Shown one piece after another: positions 15,834 through 31,467 of a DNA stretch of 64,000 nucleotides. The translations under genes and the position numbers were made by a program. The number at the start of each line of letters is the position of its first letter. The first letter of the stretch is position 1. The notes below the pieces were generated by a model. The model was not told where the DNA came from and did no database searches. It saw nothing but the letters and a program-made list of their open reading frames with translations. This DNA is from Azolla caroliniana (taxonomy: Eukaryota > Plantae > Polypodiophyta): contig JBHGNT010000011.1 in NCBI GenBank assembly GCA_043228905.1, forward strand, positions 6,386,001 to 6,450,000, given 5' to 3'.

Positions 15834-18800
15834 TATATTATTCGAGCAATTTGGCTCTTCAAATTTGTTGCAGAAGGGGAAGAAATAAGTTTTTTGGGGG
15901 GGGGTCTCTATTCTTTTGGGAGTTATTGAATTTTCTATTCTTTTGAGTTTGAGTTGAGATATTCTTTTAGGCCATGCATAAATAGTACATATTGTGGGAA
16001 ACTTCATGGGTATCTTTTTTCCTTGTTTTTTTTTTAAACCCAAACTTTCCTGTTTTAGAAAACCCCAGAAAAGAAAAAAGGAAGGGTGATGTCAATGAAA
16101 TGGGCAAGTAAGGAAGAAAGAGTATCTAAATTAAGTGTGGGGCATACATACATACTGATACCCCTCCCTAAAACCTAAAAAAAAGAGAGAGAGGAATGGA
16201 TGGACAGATGGATGCCCATGCCCCCACCCAATCAACACACTCACTCACTCATGATATTGGGATGAGATGACACCTTCCTTTCTCTTTTTGTTTGCCTTCT
16301 TGCACAAACATACAAACTAGGAGTACATTTCAGGCGGGCGGGTGGCTACGATAGACGGATAGATTAATAGATTGATTGATAGATGTCTGCATGTGAAGCA
16401 GACATCAAGTGCTTCTTCACGTGTTTCCGCTAGTTCTTCTAGCCCCAACCATGTATCGCCATAAAACTTCTTTTGCATTGGACTGGATTGGCATGGATAT
16501 TATTCTCTTGGTGTGCATTCTCGAATGACACATACATATAGCAAGCCATGCTTTCGCTCACAGGTGTAATATGTCTTGTTTTTCTTTCTAATTCTAATTC
16601 TGGCCTACATATCCTATCACACGATATGCATTGTGAACTTAATTAAGAGACGCTAGATTACCAATGTAGAAAGACAGAACTTTGTGAATACGCCCTTTTT
16701 TCTCCATCATAAAAAAAAGTCTCCTAAAAATTGTATCAGTGTCAGTGTCATAGAAACAAAGTTGGCTTGCACATTAGTAGTATATCCTTGAATGAAATCA
16801 TGCTACTTGCATGCCCCAATGGGATATTGTCTTCACATTAAATCTCATTACTTTAATACTTGTAATGCCAATTCCAAGCGCTTTCCAATGGCCTTATTGC
16901 GTTTCCTTACTATGCTTTTTCTTATTTTCTTGCGAATTGGTCGAGTACTATATCTTAAATCTAAAACTCACGTTAAAACACAAAAACAAGTGTCTTGAGA
17001 CACCATTTTACATATTACATTGTATTTAAAAATATGCGTATTTGTATCTTTCAAAAATTACGTGAATGTGAATTACTTACAAAAGTTGAAGGTAATCACA
17101 CACAATTTCAATTGTATGCCAATGTACTTAGATCTTAAGTGGCTTAGCCTACAAATTTGATGTTAATGATGATGATTAGGCTCATTAAGTCACGTGTGTG
17201 CGCTATGTTACATATATGTGAGTGTCTCGACTTTGATCGATGCACACACATATATGTAAATGTGATTGCAAATAAGGCTAAATGAAATGGGACGGTACGC
17301 AATCCAACTAAGTATTTGCATACTTACAAGCCGTCACATAATGTGTGAGAAAAGGTAATTGATGCATTTGTTTCATGACTAAAAAAAGAAATAAATCTAT
17401 AGGCTATAAGAGCTCTTGAACTACATACGAATCTTAATGCTTGAGGGATGAAAAAGTGAACGATATTGAAACATCTCATTTTCATTGAAGAAGAGGATCT
17501 TTTTCTTGAAAGATGAGATGTCTCTATCCAAGAGATTGGACTGTGGTTCAGGGATCTTTTCCAAGCTACTGATTGAACTTGTGTCACATTCCCTTGCTCA
17601 TCATACACGACTGATGGCTCTCTGCTCATTCACAACAAGCAAGTAGCCATTTCTTTGTGATGCAATTGACACTATCCAAAAGATCACTCAACAGATTTCT
17701 GGGGATTATCAGTTTGCCTAACTTTAAATTGCAATGCGATGCTTGTTTAACTTTTGTTACTAGTTATTTTGTATCAGTACATTCATTATTTCACCTCATA
17801 TTAATTGGTGGAAAACTTTACTCATTATGGTTGTGAAACACCTTTCTAGAAAGCACCAAGACTAAACTCATGGAAGGTGAACCTACGTAGACTAGGCACA
17901 CGGAATGTAATTATATTTTGGCGCGTGTCTCGCTCATGTATTGTCTTTACTTACTTCAATTTAGGAGTGGGATGGTTGCCATGAATACTTGTCCCCCTCA
18001 AGACGTAATTAAGTGTACGTGCACTTCAACAACTCTCACTATCCCATATTACTAAAGGTCGATAATGAGCTCCCAAATTGTCATATGAAAATTTGGAGAA
18101 TGGGCTTTATTATATTTAGGTCCCATTGGTCTAATAGCCAATTGTCGTAGTCCCTTTGTTTCTCTTTAACATGTATGTTTTTCTTCGATCCCTTTGGGGC
18201 CACCATTCACTGTACAACACGTCACCAACATTGCTACAAATATCTTGTACAATCTAATGAGAATCTCCCATAGAAATGAAAGCAGGCAATAATAGTAATT
18301 ACACGTCAAAACAAAGCAATAGTGCTTCTCGATTGAAGATATGTAAAATACTACAACAAAATATCTCTATGATAAAATTTTATATCGATCATTTGTATTT
18401 ACTTTGTGTGAACCGAACAGTTATGAGTTCATACTTGAGATGTAATGCTAGGTATCAATCGTTCTAAATTTCATATATGTTTGTGGGAGCCAATATGTCG
18501 TATGCACGACAAACGAATAGGGAGTTTTATCTCCCCCATCTTTTCTATTCATGAACTTCCAAGTTTCTTATCATTTTCACAAAAAAGACATTGGTTCAAA
18601 CCCTTAAGATCAACCAATCTCATGTTGACACGTGTAATACAACATCAAGGAAGCTAGTAAGACAAGGTGACCAGCGACCACAACATAGGGTGTTCATATG
18701 CATCACACACTTATGTTTTCCCTAGTGCCAAAACTAATGCTTATCATTTTCACAAAAAAGACATTGGCTCAAACCCATAAGATCAACCAATCCCATGTTG

Positions 18801-21800
18801 ACACATGTAGTACAACATCAGGGAAGCTAGTAAGACAAGGTGACCAACGACCACAACATAGGGACCTCATATGCATCACGGACCTATGTTTTCCCTAGTG
18901 CCAAACTAATGCTTGAGTTATGTTGCAATTTCTAATACCTTTGTTTTGGTTGTTAACCCCATTTTGTCATCCCTATAGTTGTCTCTTGCCATTGTTTTTC
19001 ACTTGCTAAATCACCAATCCACATTGTTTATTAGCTTTTGTTTCCACCAAACTCAAGTTGCATATGTTGTTTATATTCATCAATCTACAAATACATTGAT
19101 GTATTTTCCTACTCATAATTTGAAACAATACTATTAAATGATTGCATATTCCTCACACTTCACACAATAACACAACATTGTGACTATAGATGAAAATGAA
19201 GGCAAATAGGATCACATACGAGTTTCATTAATAAGTTTGTTTTCTAAAAAGTTGAATATATGTGCAATAGGTAGAACCCTTTCATTTACCTAGATATGGG
19301 AATTATATTTCTCACACTTGTAAACTAGACTAAATTTTGTTGCAAACAAAGTTAAAAGTTTCACGTTGACAACTTCCATAATAATGTCTAACCATTCTCA
19401 TCGCATATATAATTAACTCCATGGTGATCATCGCAAGATTTCACTAGTAACATATAGGTAAGTCTATCGAAGCACAAAGAGTGTAAGGAATGATGATCAA
19501 GGCAAACATAACATACCATAAGTAGTTGCATAGGTCAAATAAGATGGATAGGTAAAACAAGTGATCATCTTCAATGGTCAAATATGACCTAATGAAACCA
19601 AAGTGAAACATTTACGTACGGTGTGTATGGAGTTGAATAAGACTTAAAATGTCCTCGTAGGTCAAATTATATGGACTATGGACCCAAGTGAATCATTTTT
19701 GCATAACAGAGTGTGTGTGGAGTTGGTAAGTGATAACTATTTTCACATGCTGATAAAGGACCTCAATGTTCAATAGTTGTGCTACTCCACATTGGGATAG
19801 CGGATGCAAAATGTGGTTTGAAGAGAAAGATCACAATTGGAAATATGAGGAAAGCCCATATGTGAATCGTGATTATGGTTAAGAAAGACATACAAACTAT
19901 GCATGAAATGGATGTGGAGCTTACGTGGTCATATTTAAAAGAGTGATATATTGATTTGAACACAAAAGACATGTTGTAAAGATTCAATCGTACCCATTTG
20001 TTGGCATACCTAGCAACCCCTAGAAGTTAGGCCCAGTAAAAAGATGCCTAAGGGTGGTGATGAGCCACTATTAATTTCTCTCGTGTCCCCCACTCAAGTA
20101 TATCCTTATATTAATGGGAGTAATCAATATTCGCAACAACATAGAAAGTAAAATCAATCATGTATAGTGGTTCTTAGCTTCATTACTTTGGGACAAGCAC
20201 TTTATCAAAAGTAGAAATCTCACAAGGTTCTAAGGTAAGGAATTAACAATTTAGGACCAAGAATTTTCTCTAAGTGAAGATTTTTGCAAAAATCTAATCA
20301 TAGGTATTAGGAAGTACAAGAAGGAGACCACTCATAGCTATGCTCACATGGCCAACAATTAAAGGTTTTCATCACAATCATGGTCGATTTATGGATTGTC
20401 CAATTGTAGTTCACTTAAAGGTAAACAAGACATTACTTTTAGAGCTTTTCAACCATAGGTGGTATGTTTTAGTCTAAAGTGATGGTTTTTATCATGCATT
20501 CATATTGATAATAATGCTTCACACGTTTAGTTTAAGACCATGCACACAAATAATTTGGCTCAATAATTGCACGTTGATACCATTTAAGTGGTAAATCATA
20601 ATGCGGAGTGTTTACCTAGGTATGTCTATTTGTAACTATAGTTGTAAATGTAATTGTGAAAACTTAAATATCTAGAAATAATGCATGTCCTTACAAAATA
20701 CAAATTTAACAAATTGGGGGTACCCATTCAAAGTGCTAACCCAATTGTCCAAAAGGTTGAGCCTCAAGTGCTTGGGTTTGGTTGGGATGAGGAAACGTTG
20801 CACCATGCAACAATGCTACTAGTTCCAAGAGCAATATGTAGACTACTTGGGTTTAGGTAAACTATTCACTTGTATGCTAGTGGATGCTAAATCACATTAC
20901 ATACTTTTTGCATTAATACCCATATAGATCTTGGTCTTAGAGCTTAATCCTAGTTAAAAAAGTACTCTCACTAATGCAAGTGGATTGGAAAGAGGTCATG
21001 TGAGGCAAATCATTCAACTAAACAAACTAGGAAATACATTGAGTAGATGTTTGTTAATGTGCTTATGTTAAATTGGTTAACAAACTAGGAAATACATTGC
21101 GTAGATGTTTGCTATTGTGCTTATGTTAAATTGGGTCTAGTAACAAACTACAATGTGATATAAAGGAAGTTGTGATGTAGAACTTTGTTATTCCAGGGAA
21201 AAAGGTGCAACAATGCACTAGTTCCAAGAGCAATATGTAGACTACTTGGGTTTAGGTAAACTATTCACTTGTATGCTAGCGGATGCTCAATCGCATTACA
21301 TACTTTTTGAATCATATACCCAATAGATCTTGGTCTTAGAGCTTAATCCTAGTTTAAAAAGTATTGTCACTAATGCAAGTGGATTGGAAAGAGGCCACGT
21401 GAGGCAAATCGTTCAACTAAACAAACTAGGAAATACATTGAGTAGATGTTTGTTAATGTGCTTATGTTAAATTGGTCTAGTAACAAACTAGGAAATACAT
21501 TGAGTAGATGTTTGCTATTGTGCTTATGTTAAATTGGATCTAGTAACAAACTACAATGTGATATAAAGGAAGTTGTGATGTAGAACTTTGTTATTCCAAG
21601 GAAAAAGGTGAAGCAATGCAATAGTTCCAAGAGCAATATGTAGACTACTTGGGTTTAGGTAAACTATTCACTTGTATGCTAGTGGATGCTCGATCATAGT
21701 ACATACTCTATGAATCATATACCCAATAGATCTTGATCTTAGAGCTCAATCCCAGCTAAACAAGTATCGCCACTAATGCGAGTGGATTAGAAAGAGGCCA

Positions 21801-23115
21801 CGTAAGGCAAGTCATTCAACTAAACAAACTAGGAAATACATTGAGTAGATGTTTGCTAATGTGATTATGTTAAATTGCTCTAGTAACAAACTATAATGTG
21901 ATATAAAGGAAGTTGTCACGTAGAACTTTGATATTCCCGGGAAAAAGTTGACTACGATAAGAAACTCAAATTCTATTGTTGATTGAGGTGCTGCTTTGGA
22001 TTTTTCTTGCTTTATAAAGGATAACTTGATAAGGAGAATAATCAATGCATCTCATCAATGTAGCGACAATAGTACCTATGCTAGGGATGGCTATGTACCT
22101 ATTCGTAGGTGAATAAGAAATTCCATATATATGGGGCAATCATGCAATGTAGACTATTGCCTTGAAAAAGGAAACATGACATGACAATCTTCTTTATGTC
22201 ATGTCAATAATTTAGGTTATCTTAGAGCTAAATAAGTAGTTAAACGAAGATATTTTGATGTTTAGAAGTGTTCTATTGGAACCTTCTCCGATAAATAGAT
22301 TAAAAGGTCCAAGAGGGAAGCATGCAATAAACTAAACTATTTGCACATGATGTGACCAACTTTAAGTGTGAGTATTGTGATATGGGCCTTTACCTAGATT
22401 GGACAAAATTTGGTAGTGCAATTGGCACGAGCACCGCTGAAAAGTTGTGGTCCCATCTAGGGATATCATAATGTAGGTACATAGGTAAGATCCCAATGCA
22501 TCTACTTAAATAATTGAAGTTTTCTTTGCTAAGGATAGAGATATTTGGATATCATATGTAAAAGAGTCTTGGGATGAGCATAATGCCATTCCTACTTACT
22601 ATTGCAAATATGTGTATGTGCAACGCTATATATTCAAATATATGTTGCACCATCCACTTGAATAGTTTAATGATTTATCCCACGTAACAATGTTGTTCAT
22701 ATGAACAAGGTCTTAAGTTAGCTTAGGGTGAAAACACAAGATCATCTAGAAACAAATAAATAGTAAAGGAAACTTTGAGCATGTTGTGAGAGTCCTAGGA
22801 GCCAATGAGTTTTGAGCTAGGGAAGTTGAAATACACAAGCATTACATGTGTGACATGATCGAGGTTACTTTGATGATAGATAGAGTTGAACAAACAACTA
22901 CAATTTACAGACATGTGAGATCATCCCAATCCCAGCGCACAAGGATATAACGGTGGTCGGTATATACACACTCATACACGATATCATACCAAATCTATCA
23001 ACTTAGGAGATTTAACAAGAGCGATGAGATCACTCGGGCATATTGGGGGTGGAGGGTCATATGAACACCCCTGGTCTTAAGATGATGTCGTGACAAATGC
23101 GGGATGTGCATGGGA

Positions 23116-23158
<43 letters not shown>

Positions 23159-23371
23159 GAGCATGTCCACGGGGTGCCGGCATGTCTAAGAAGGAAGGCC
23201 CACTCTCCAAAGGCTCATAGGAACAAGGCCTTACGAGGGGATATAGGGAGTGAAGAGATCATTGCTTGCAAGCACATATGGGAGGAAAAGGAAAGGAAAG
23301 GAAAGAACTCCTCTTCAAGCCTATAGACTATGTATTGTTGGTTTAAACTTTAGCCATAGCCCATAGCCCTA

Positions 23372-24838
<1,467 letters not shown>

Positions 24839-25087
24839 GAAACTTTAAAAAAAAGATGGTTGCCGGCTGGCCACTACGGGATCTATCTAGTATCTACTTT
24901 TTAGTACCCCAAGTGTTTCTTCTCTTTTTTAAGTTTGTCTTTTTTTTTTGTTGTTGTGCTCTTCTAGACCATATGTACATGGTAATTTGGCAAGAAAAAA
25001 AATAAAGATAGTGGTTTTTCCTCCACCCTTCTTGTGTTCGTGAATTTTGTTGTATTTAAGACCCTTTGGATGTTAGTTCTAATACCT

Positions 25088-25196
25088 TTGGCACCAGGGG
25101 TGCTCACATTTTTCTTTCGGGGCCATCCGAAGAAGTGGGCTGAGATGAGACCCTTTTAACCTGACCAGGGTAATGCCTGCGAAGGGAGAGTGCCAA
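25088..25196 (+). ncRNA. TPP riboswitch aptamer in THI1 3' UTR
   Basis: Reads TTGGCACCAGGGGTGCTCAC...GTGGGCTGAGATGAGACCCTTTTAACCTGACCAGGGTAATGCCTGCGAAGGGAGAGTGCCAA. It shows P1 TTGGCAC/GTGCCAA, P3 GCTCAC/GTGGGC plus TTCGG/CCGAA, UGAGA, ACCUGA and P5 CAGG/CCTG. It sits 250 nt after the THI1 stop. Confidence 0.96.
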
Positions 25197-28100
25197 TGTT
25201 TCTTTTTTTCATGTCTTTTTGCAGGGCAATCTTTGTGAAATACGGGATGATGTGAGAGAAATGATGTTCTTGCAACCTGTAGGGAGGTACATGAGGTATG
25301 TGTGTCCGATCAATCGAATGATGTGTATGACCTAGGCACAGGCCAATAATCTTAAAGAATCTATTAATGTGCATGACTCTAAATTCTTAGAGGTATGTCC
25401 CCAATCGAGTGATGTGCATGACTAGGAGTCATGCATGACTCCAAAATCTTTTAAAAGGAAGGAATTTAGTCACGTATGTCCTTTATGATCGAGTTATGTG
25501 CATTCCCCTCATCTCTAGGGGAGTGTTTCTTAGGGGGATTTGTAGTGTTAAGGACAAGGAATGTTTAATGTTTGATAGTTAGGGGAGGCAAGTATCACAA
25601 GATCCAAGGATTAAGGTAGTGTGCACATGTTTCGATTTACAAAGGAGAAGGTTTTGTGGATTGATTTGGCTTAATATGCTCAACTGGAAGTGCAGTTTTG
25701 TTGTATAACATACATTGATGTGCTTAATCTTTATAAGCTTAGATAGATGTGCTCTGTAGGCTTCCTTCTTTTTGTCCTAGGTAGGTTTTTCGGTGTAGTT
25801 GGCATAGAAAAACTGGAAATGTGTGACAGAATGGTTGAGAAAGCCGCACAAAGATTTGTCTCCCTGATTGAATCAACATCGATTCATACTCACTCAGAAT
25901 TACTGGGTACAAAAATTGTACAATTTTGAACAGATATAATATACACCTTTTCTTCAATTTTTGTTTTGAAGCAAGATCGATTATTACTCGGAATTGTTGG
26001 GTACAAAAATTGTACAATTTTTAACAAATATAATATACAACTTTTCTTCAATTTCTGAGTAAATGTCTAATTTGTTTTAGTGCTCTTTTGTCTTGTCTGT
26101 CCAAGGCACATGTGGAAGTGTTGCATGTTATGTTCATAGGATTTGATTAGATTAGGTCTACGATATTGTTCTAGCTGGGGATCCTAATACTCACTATATG
26201 AATATTGGTTAACCTCTTCTTTTGTTCTAGCTAGGGATCCTAATGCATACTATATATTGGTAAAACCACTTTCTCTTGTACTTTCTATTGTCTAGCTAGC
26301 AAATCAATCCTTAGTAATATAATATGTCAATGGATTATGGAACCGTAGTAATATAATATCAGAAACAAATTTCGAAACCAATTGTCTCAAAATTTGAAGT
26401 TTCTTTCACATTATGTGGCATAATTCACGAAAGAGAACCAATTTTTATGAGTGGTATATATTTCAAAACTTGAAAGTGATGAAAAATAGAAGGATATGTC
26501 AATTGACCTTTGTCCTAATTAATATACTCTCACTATATCTATAACATGTGTAGAAATGGCATCTTTTTGTAATATTATGTGGCATCTTTCTGTAATATCA
26601 TGTGGTTTGTGCTGATGGTAGTTTCGGGGTGAATTGCCTCATCTTTAAATTTTCACCTTAGGCAATGGAATCTTTCTTCTTTCTATAACTCTTGCTAATC
26701 TGGATATAAAGCTCAAAATAATAATAAAGAAATGCAAAGTGACGATTACTATGAATTGAATTGCGAGTGTGAGATACTCCATGTTTTTTGTTATATTCGT
26801 CTCTTCTAAGTATTTAGTAAATGAATGTGTTAAATCACAATTAAATGCGATCGAGACTTGTCACTTTTGTGTAGGATGAGGAAAATTTGTGTCTCTATAT
26901 GGAGATGTAGTTCTATAAACATCATTTGTAGTATATGTAGCATGGCAATTGGTAGTATATGTAGCATGGCAATCGGTATCTATAAACATCATTTGTATCA
27001 CATGTAACATGGCAATTGTTAGTGCCATACTTTTAGGAGCAGAAAGTTGTGCACTTTCATGGCCAATGTTCTCGTGTTGTCATTTCCATCACATAACCTA
27101 AGAACAACACACTACCAAATGAAGAAATGCTCGATGTAAGCATCGCAACAAAGAAACCAATCAATGATAATATTCAGCCCACATCCTTGCTAATAACGAT
27201 ACCATTTTTAGTAGCATGCATAGTCATTTGAGAGATATTTAGCATTGTTTAGTTTTATGCTTTGGAGTTGGTAGTTGAGAAACGTAATATAGTAACCAAT
27301 TTAATCGTTTTGCCATTACCCATGTGCAGAGCTAACATCCAAACAAGGCCTCAAATACCAAAGGTAACATACTCAAAGATGTCCCTGGCAATGCATCATC
27401 CTTCTGAATAATTTTATTTTACTAAAATGAGTTTAGATTTTAATTTACTTTCTTCGCCAAGGAAATAAAACTGATACATTGATTGCGTCACAGCAATTAA
27501 TCATGATTTGCTATAAATGTCTCATGTCCACCAATTCAAGAATTCTTTACCAATACAAACCCTCATTTGAAAATTCAAAAAAGGCAAAAATGAGCGAAAC
27601 TTATGGGGTGCATCTTTCAAATTTTCTCAAATCATGAAAAGTTTATCTACCTTTCCAGTTCAAAGAAATTACATAGAAACACATATTTGCATATGATGTG
27701 GTCAGGATTCAAACCAAAGACTAATGGATAGGGGACAGATTTATGACATATATGGATACTTGTTGCCTTTTTTTTGCTCTTGTGATTCCTTTCTTGCATT
27801 ATAGTGTGTAATGTATAAGGAAGCTTGAATAATTGTCTACTATATTTCAACTAGGGATAAATAAGCTAAAATGGCATCAAATGTCATAGGAAAAGCATGA
27901 TTGTCTACCAGTTCCAAGGTGTTTGCATTCAATCAAAATCTACGAGAGTGAATCAGCCCCAAAAGGGCCACATCTGATGGGTACATGAAAACAAAGAAAT
28001 TGCTTTCGACTATAGAACCATGCATGTTTGTTAAACTTGTGAATTGGACGGATGATTGGGTAGGAGGCTGTTAACCATATACCATTCTTCAACCATATTT

Positions 28101-29348
28101 TGCCTAAGACTTTTGTTTCTAGTGAATCTTGCACGCTTCAAAGATGTTAATCTCCCCAAATTAAACTATACTTGGATTGGAACCTTTTTTCATGTGAATG
28201 TCCTACAAGAGACAAAACAAGACTGGATATTATGTATGGTTACAGTTTTTTATAAAAGTACGTATGCACTATACAGCTTCACATATGGAATAAAGCTATA
28301 TCCTTTCAAATATGAAGCTTCAATTTTCAGATTAACAAGCATACTAATCAGTTTGTGTATGCGTAAAGAGAACTATGGTTTACTTCAGAATGGAAGGGTT
28401 CCATTGGGAGTAGAAAAGTAACACCAGAGCTTACAAAGTCCATGATTTACACATAAATACTTTTGGCAAGCCTAATAATCTCCTCTCTTATCTGATCAAT
28501 TCTGCCTTACATCAAAGAGCATTAGACCATGTAGTCACTTAAGAAATGTCTGGCTATGCCATATACATCTAGCAGTACTTACACCACTTTTAAAGAGAAG
28601 AAAAACACATTATTTCCAATAATATCGTTTCAGTAGACTTGAGTGACAAATCAAAACACAGCAAGGTGTACATAATCTTGTCTTGAAAGCACATTCCGTG
28701 ACACTTCTCACTAATAATAATTGAAGTTAAATGTTAATCGAACTATTTAAAGCAACCAGAACTATAAAACAGAAAGCCTAACCAGCACATTACATGAAAT
28801 ATTCCCTTCATCATAACAATTGATTACTGTAATCAAACTAGACACTGGCGTTATCAAACTAAATATTCGGGAATAAATTATGATTTATTTTATGTTGGTT
28901 CCTTCAATATAAACAATTCGAAACATTAAAGATCCAGACCTCAAGTTGGACTAGAAAAACAATACAATAGTATAGACAAACTTCCAGGTTATTATTTCAC
29001 CCGGCTATGATATTTTATAAGTCAACAAGGAACAGATCTAAACGTTACCAAAGAATACTTATATAAACAGCTACATAACTAATTTCCAGAATGGCTTGCA
29101 TTACCTTAAGTTCAACAGACTTTGGCAAATCATAAGAAATAGTGACTTATATACCACCAAAAACTGGTCAATTTCCATGTTCCCAATCAAAAGCAGAAAC
29201 AAAAAACCTACAGCCTTAGAAAAATTAACTCTCGATTTTCAGCCGTCAAACATGAACAGGGACATCATTACAACAGCAAAGACAATACTTAGAAAGGGAA
29301 AAAAAAAGAAATGTTGTTCTCAACTAACACAATGATGACAACTTAAGC

Positions 29349-31310
29349 CTAGTAGGTAGGAGCTTTCTCGACATCGTCCAGTATGCTGAGCCTGGTTGGT
29401 TTCGCCAAGAAGTCGGTGAACTCTTGGAACGGCGACTTGGTAAACCGGGTCTCCCTCCACAGATCAGGTGTAAGGAAACCATAGGTCTTACCCAAGCAGT
29501 CAAATGTTGCCTGACATTCATTCAAAACAAGAAACAATTTAACTCTGTTGATTGGTCGACGAATCCACAAGACAAATATATTTACGTAAACAATTTAACT
29601 TTGTTGATTGGTCACTGAATCCACAAGACAAATATGGTAAATGTATAACAAGATTAGCTAATTGGATCTTTATGAGCATAAATGCGAGCTCGCATACACT
29701 ACTCTATATGAACAATGTGAAACCAAATGAGAATTATTGAGTTGGCACCAAATACAGAAGTGGATAGATAAATATCTTTAAGATAATGCCCGTCTTATTG
29801 ACTGGTTTTAGGTGTTAGCATCAACATACTGACATCCACACAAGCAAAGCAGAAGCTTGTGGACACCCTCAACAATAACAAAAACGACTATCTCACAGAT
29901 ACGAAGGATCTCATACACTGCATGAGCAAAGGAAAGCAGCTGCAAACATGCAGACAACATTATCCCTATACAAACTAATAATAATATTTCACGTCTAAAC
30001 CATCTACAATCATTTCGAGACAAAAGAAAGACAGTAATCCGTGCAGATGCAAGATACAATCCTCATAAAACGATAATAGGAAAAATACACCAATTTAAGA
30101 GTCTAGCCGACTCTAAAAAGAAGACAACAAACATGATAGATTTGGGCTATTCTTACTCTATTCACACATCTAAGCAACAAAAAGTAGGCCATGGCATGAA
30201 AACCCTAAGGTTTCACAGGAAATTGAAATCAAAGCACTTCTAATTTGATAAGATACTTTATGTAGGTCAATGTCTAACCTAGAGAGCAACTTCCAAGGAC
30301 AACAGGTATATTCATTATCATTCAAGACGCAAAGAAATAATAATAATGACATGAAAGGGATTCCTTACCTTGACAAGTGCAGATACTGATTGCAAACAAC
30401 AAAAATGCACAAAACAAATGTGAAAACACTTCTCTCTCTCTCTCTCTCCCCCAATATTTTACAGAAAAATATGAGCATATGGTCCAACGAAGTAATTTGG
30501 AAACCTTTCAATCATTCTGCGACTAACTAGAATCAAAACTCACAGAAACAGAATTAATTAAAGTAGACAGCCAAGGAAGGAAGGAGTAAAAGACTAGAAG
30601 AGGGAAGAGGAAAGAGGAAAGACATATAATACCTTAACGAAGTTACCGAGGGTTTTGGTGGAGCCACGGGATGAAGTGAAGACATCTTCGATACCTGCGA
30701 ACTGGAGGACCTTCTTGGGAACGCGAGCTGCGACGATACCGGAGCCACGAGGCGCAGGGACGAGGCGGACAGTGACAGATCCACACTTACCAGTGACCTT
30801 GCAAGGGACAGTGTGAGGCTTACCGATCTTATTACCCCAGTAGCCCCTCCTCACAGGGACCACGGAGAGCTTGGCAAGGATGATGGCCCCACGAATGGCG
30901 GTCGCCACTTCCTTGCTGCACTTCACTCCAAGGCCAACGTGGCCGTTGCTGTCTCCCACCACCACGAACGCCTTGAAACGCGTCCTCTGACCAGCTCTCG
31001 TCTGCTTCTGGACGGGCATTATCTTCATCACCTCGTCCTTGAGGGCAGAGCCCAGGAAGAACTCCACGATCTGGTGCTCCTTGATGGGGAGGGAGAAGAG
31101 ATAGATCTGCTCCAATGATCTGATCTTCCCTTCCTTCACCAGGCGACCCAGCTTTGTTACGGGAACCCATTTCTCTTCCTCTTCTCTGCGTGCACCACGA
31201 CGAGGCCCGCGCCTGTCACCGCCACGACCACCGCCGCCACCACGCCCGCCGCCGAAGCCGCGCCCGAAGCCACCTCTGTCGCCTCCGCGCTCTCCTCCTC
31301 TCTCCGCCAT
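29349..31310 (-). CDS. RPS2: 40S ribosomal protein S2 (uS5), 279 aa; exons 31310-30633 and 29510-29349
   Basis: RGG-rich N-terminus, [28 protein letters not shown], and GNFVK|GT...AG|[18 protein letters not shown] with a phase-0 intron. Confidence 0.96.
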
Positions 31311-31435
31311 CGCCTCACCGCACCCTTCGTTCTCTTTCTCTGTCTCTGTCTCTTTCTCTTCAGCAACACCACAACGCACAGAGAAGCAAAGCAGCAGCAA
31401 CAGCAGGGAAAGGAAGAAGAAGAAGAAGAAGAGAA

Positions 31436-31467
31436 TTAGGGTTTGGGGGAGGTAGAGAGTCTTTATA
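31436..31467 (-). promoter_or_regulatory. Telo-box (AAACCCTAA) and TATA box of RPS2
   Basis: ttagggttt at 31436-31444 and TATAAAG (minus) at ~31461-31467, typical of plant translation-machinery promoters. Confidence 0.7.

Noticed and set aside
16382-16406. Hairpin GATGTCTGC/GCAGACATC sharing an 11-mer with a hairpin in the THIC 3' UTR (11201-11240)
   Set aside because: 11-mer matches are expected by chance in 64 kb, the hairpin is too short for a miRNA precursor, and there is no other support.
25200-29300. A third thiamine gene (e.g. TH1 or TPK) between THI1 and RPS2
   Set aside because: Only short AT-rich ORFs and small local duplications are present, with no recognisable exons.
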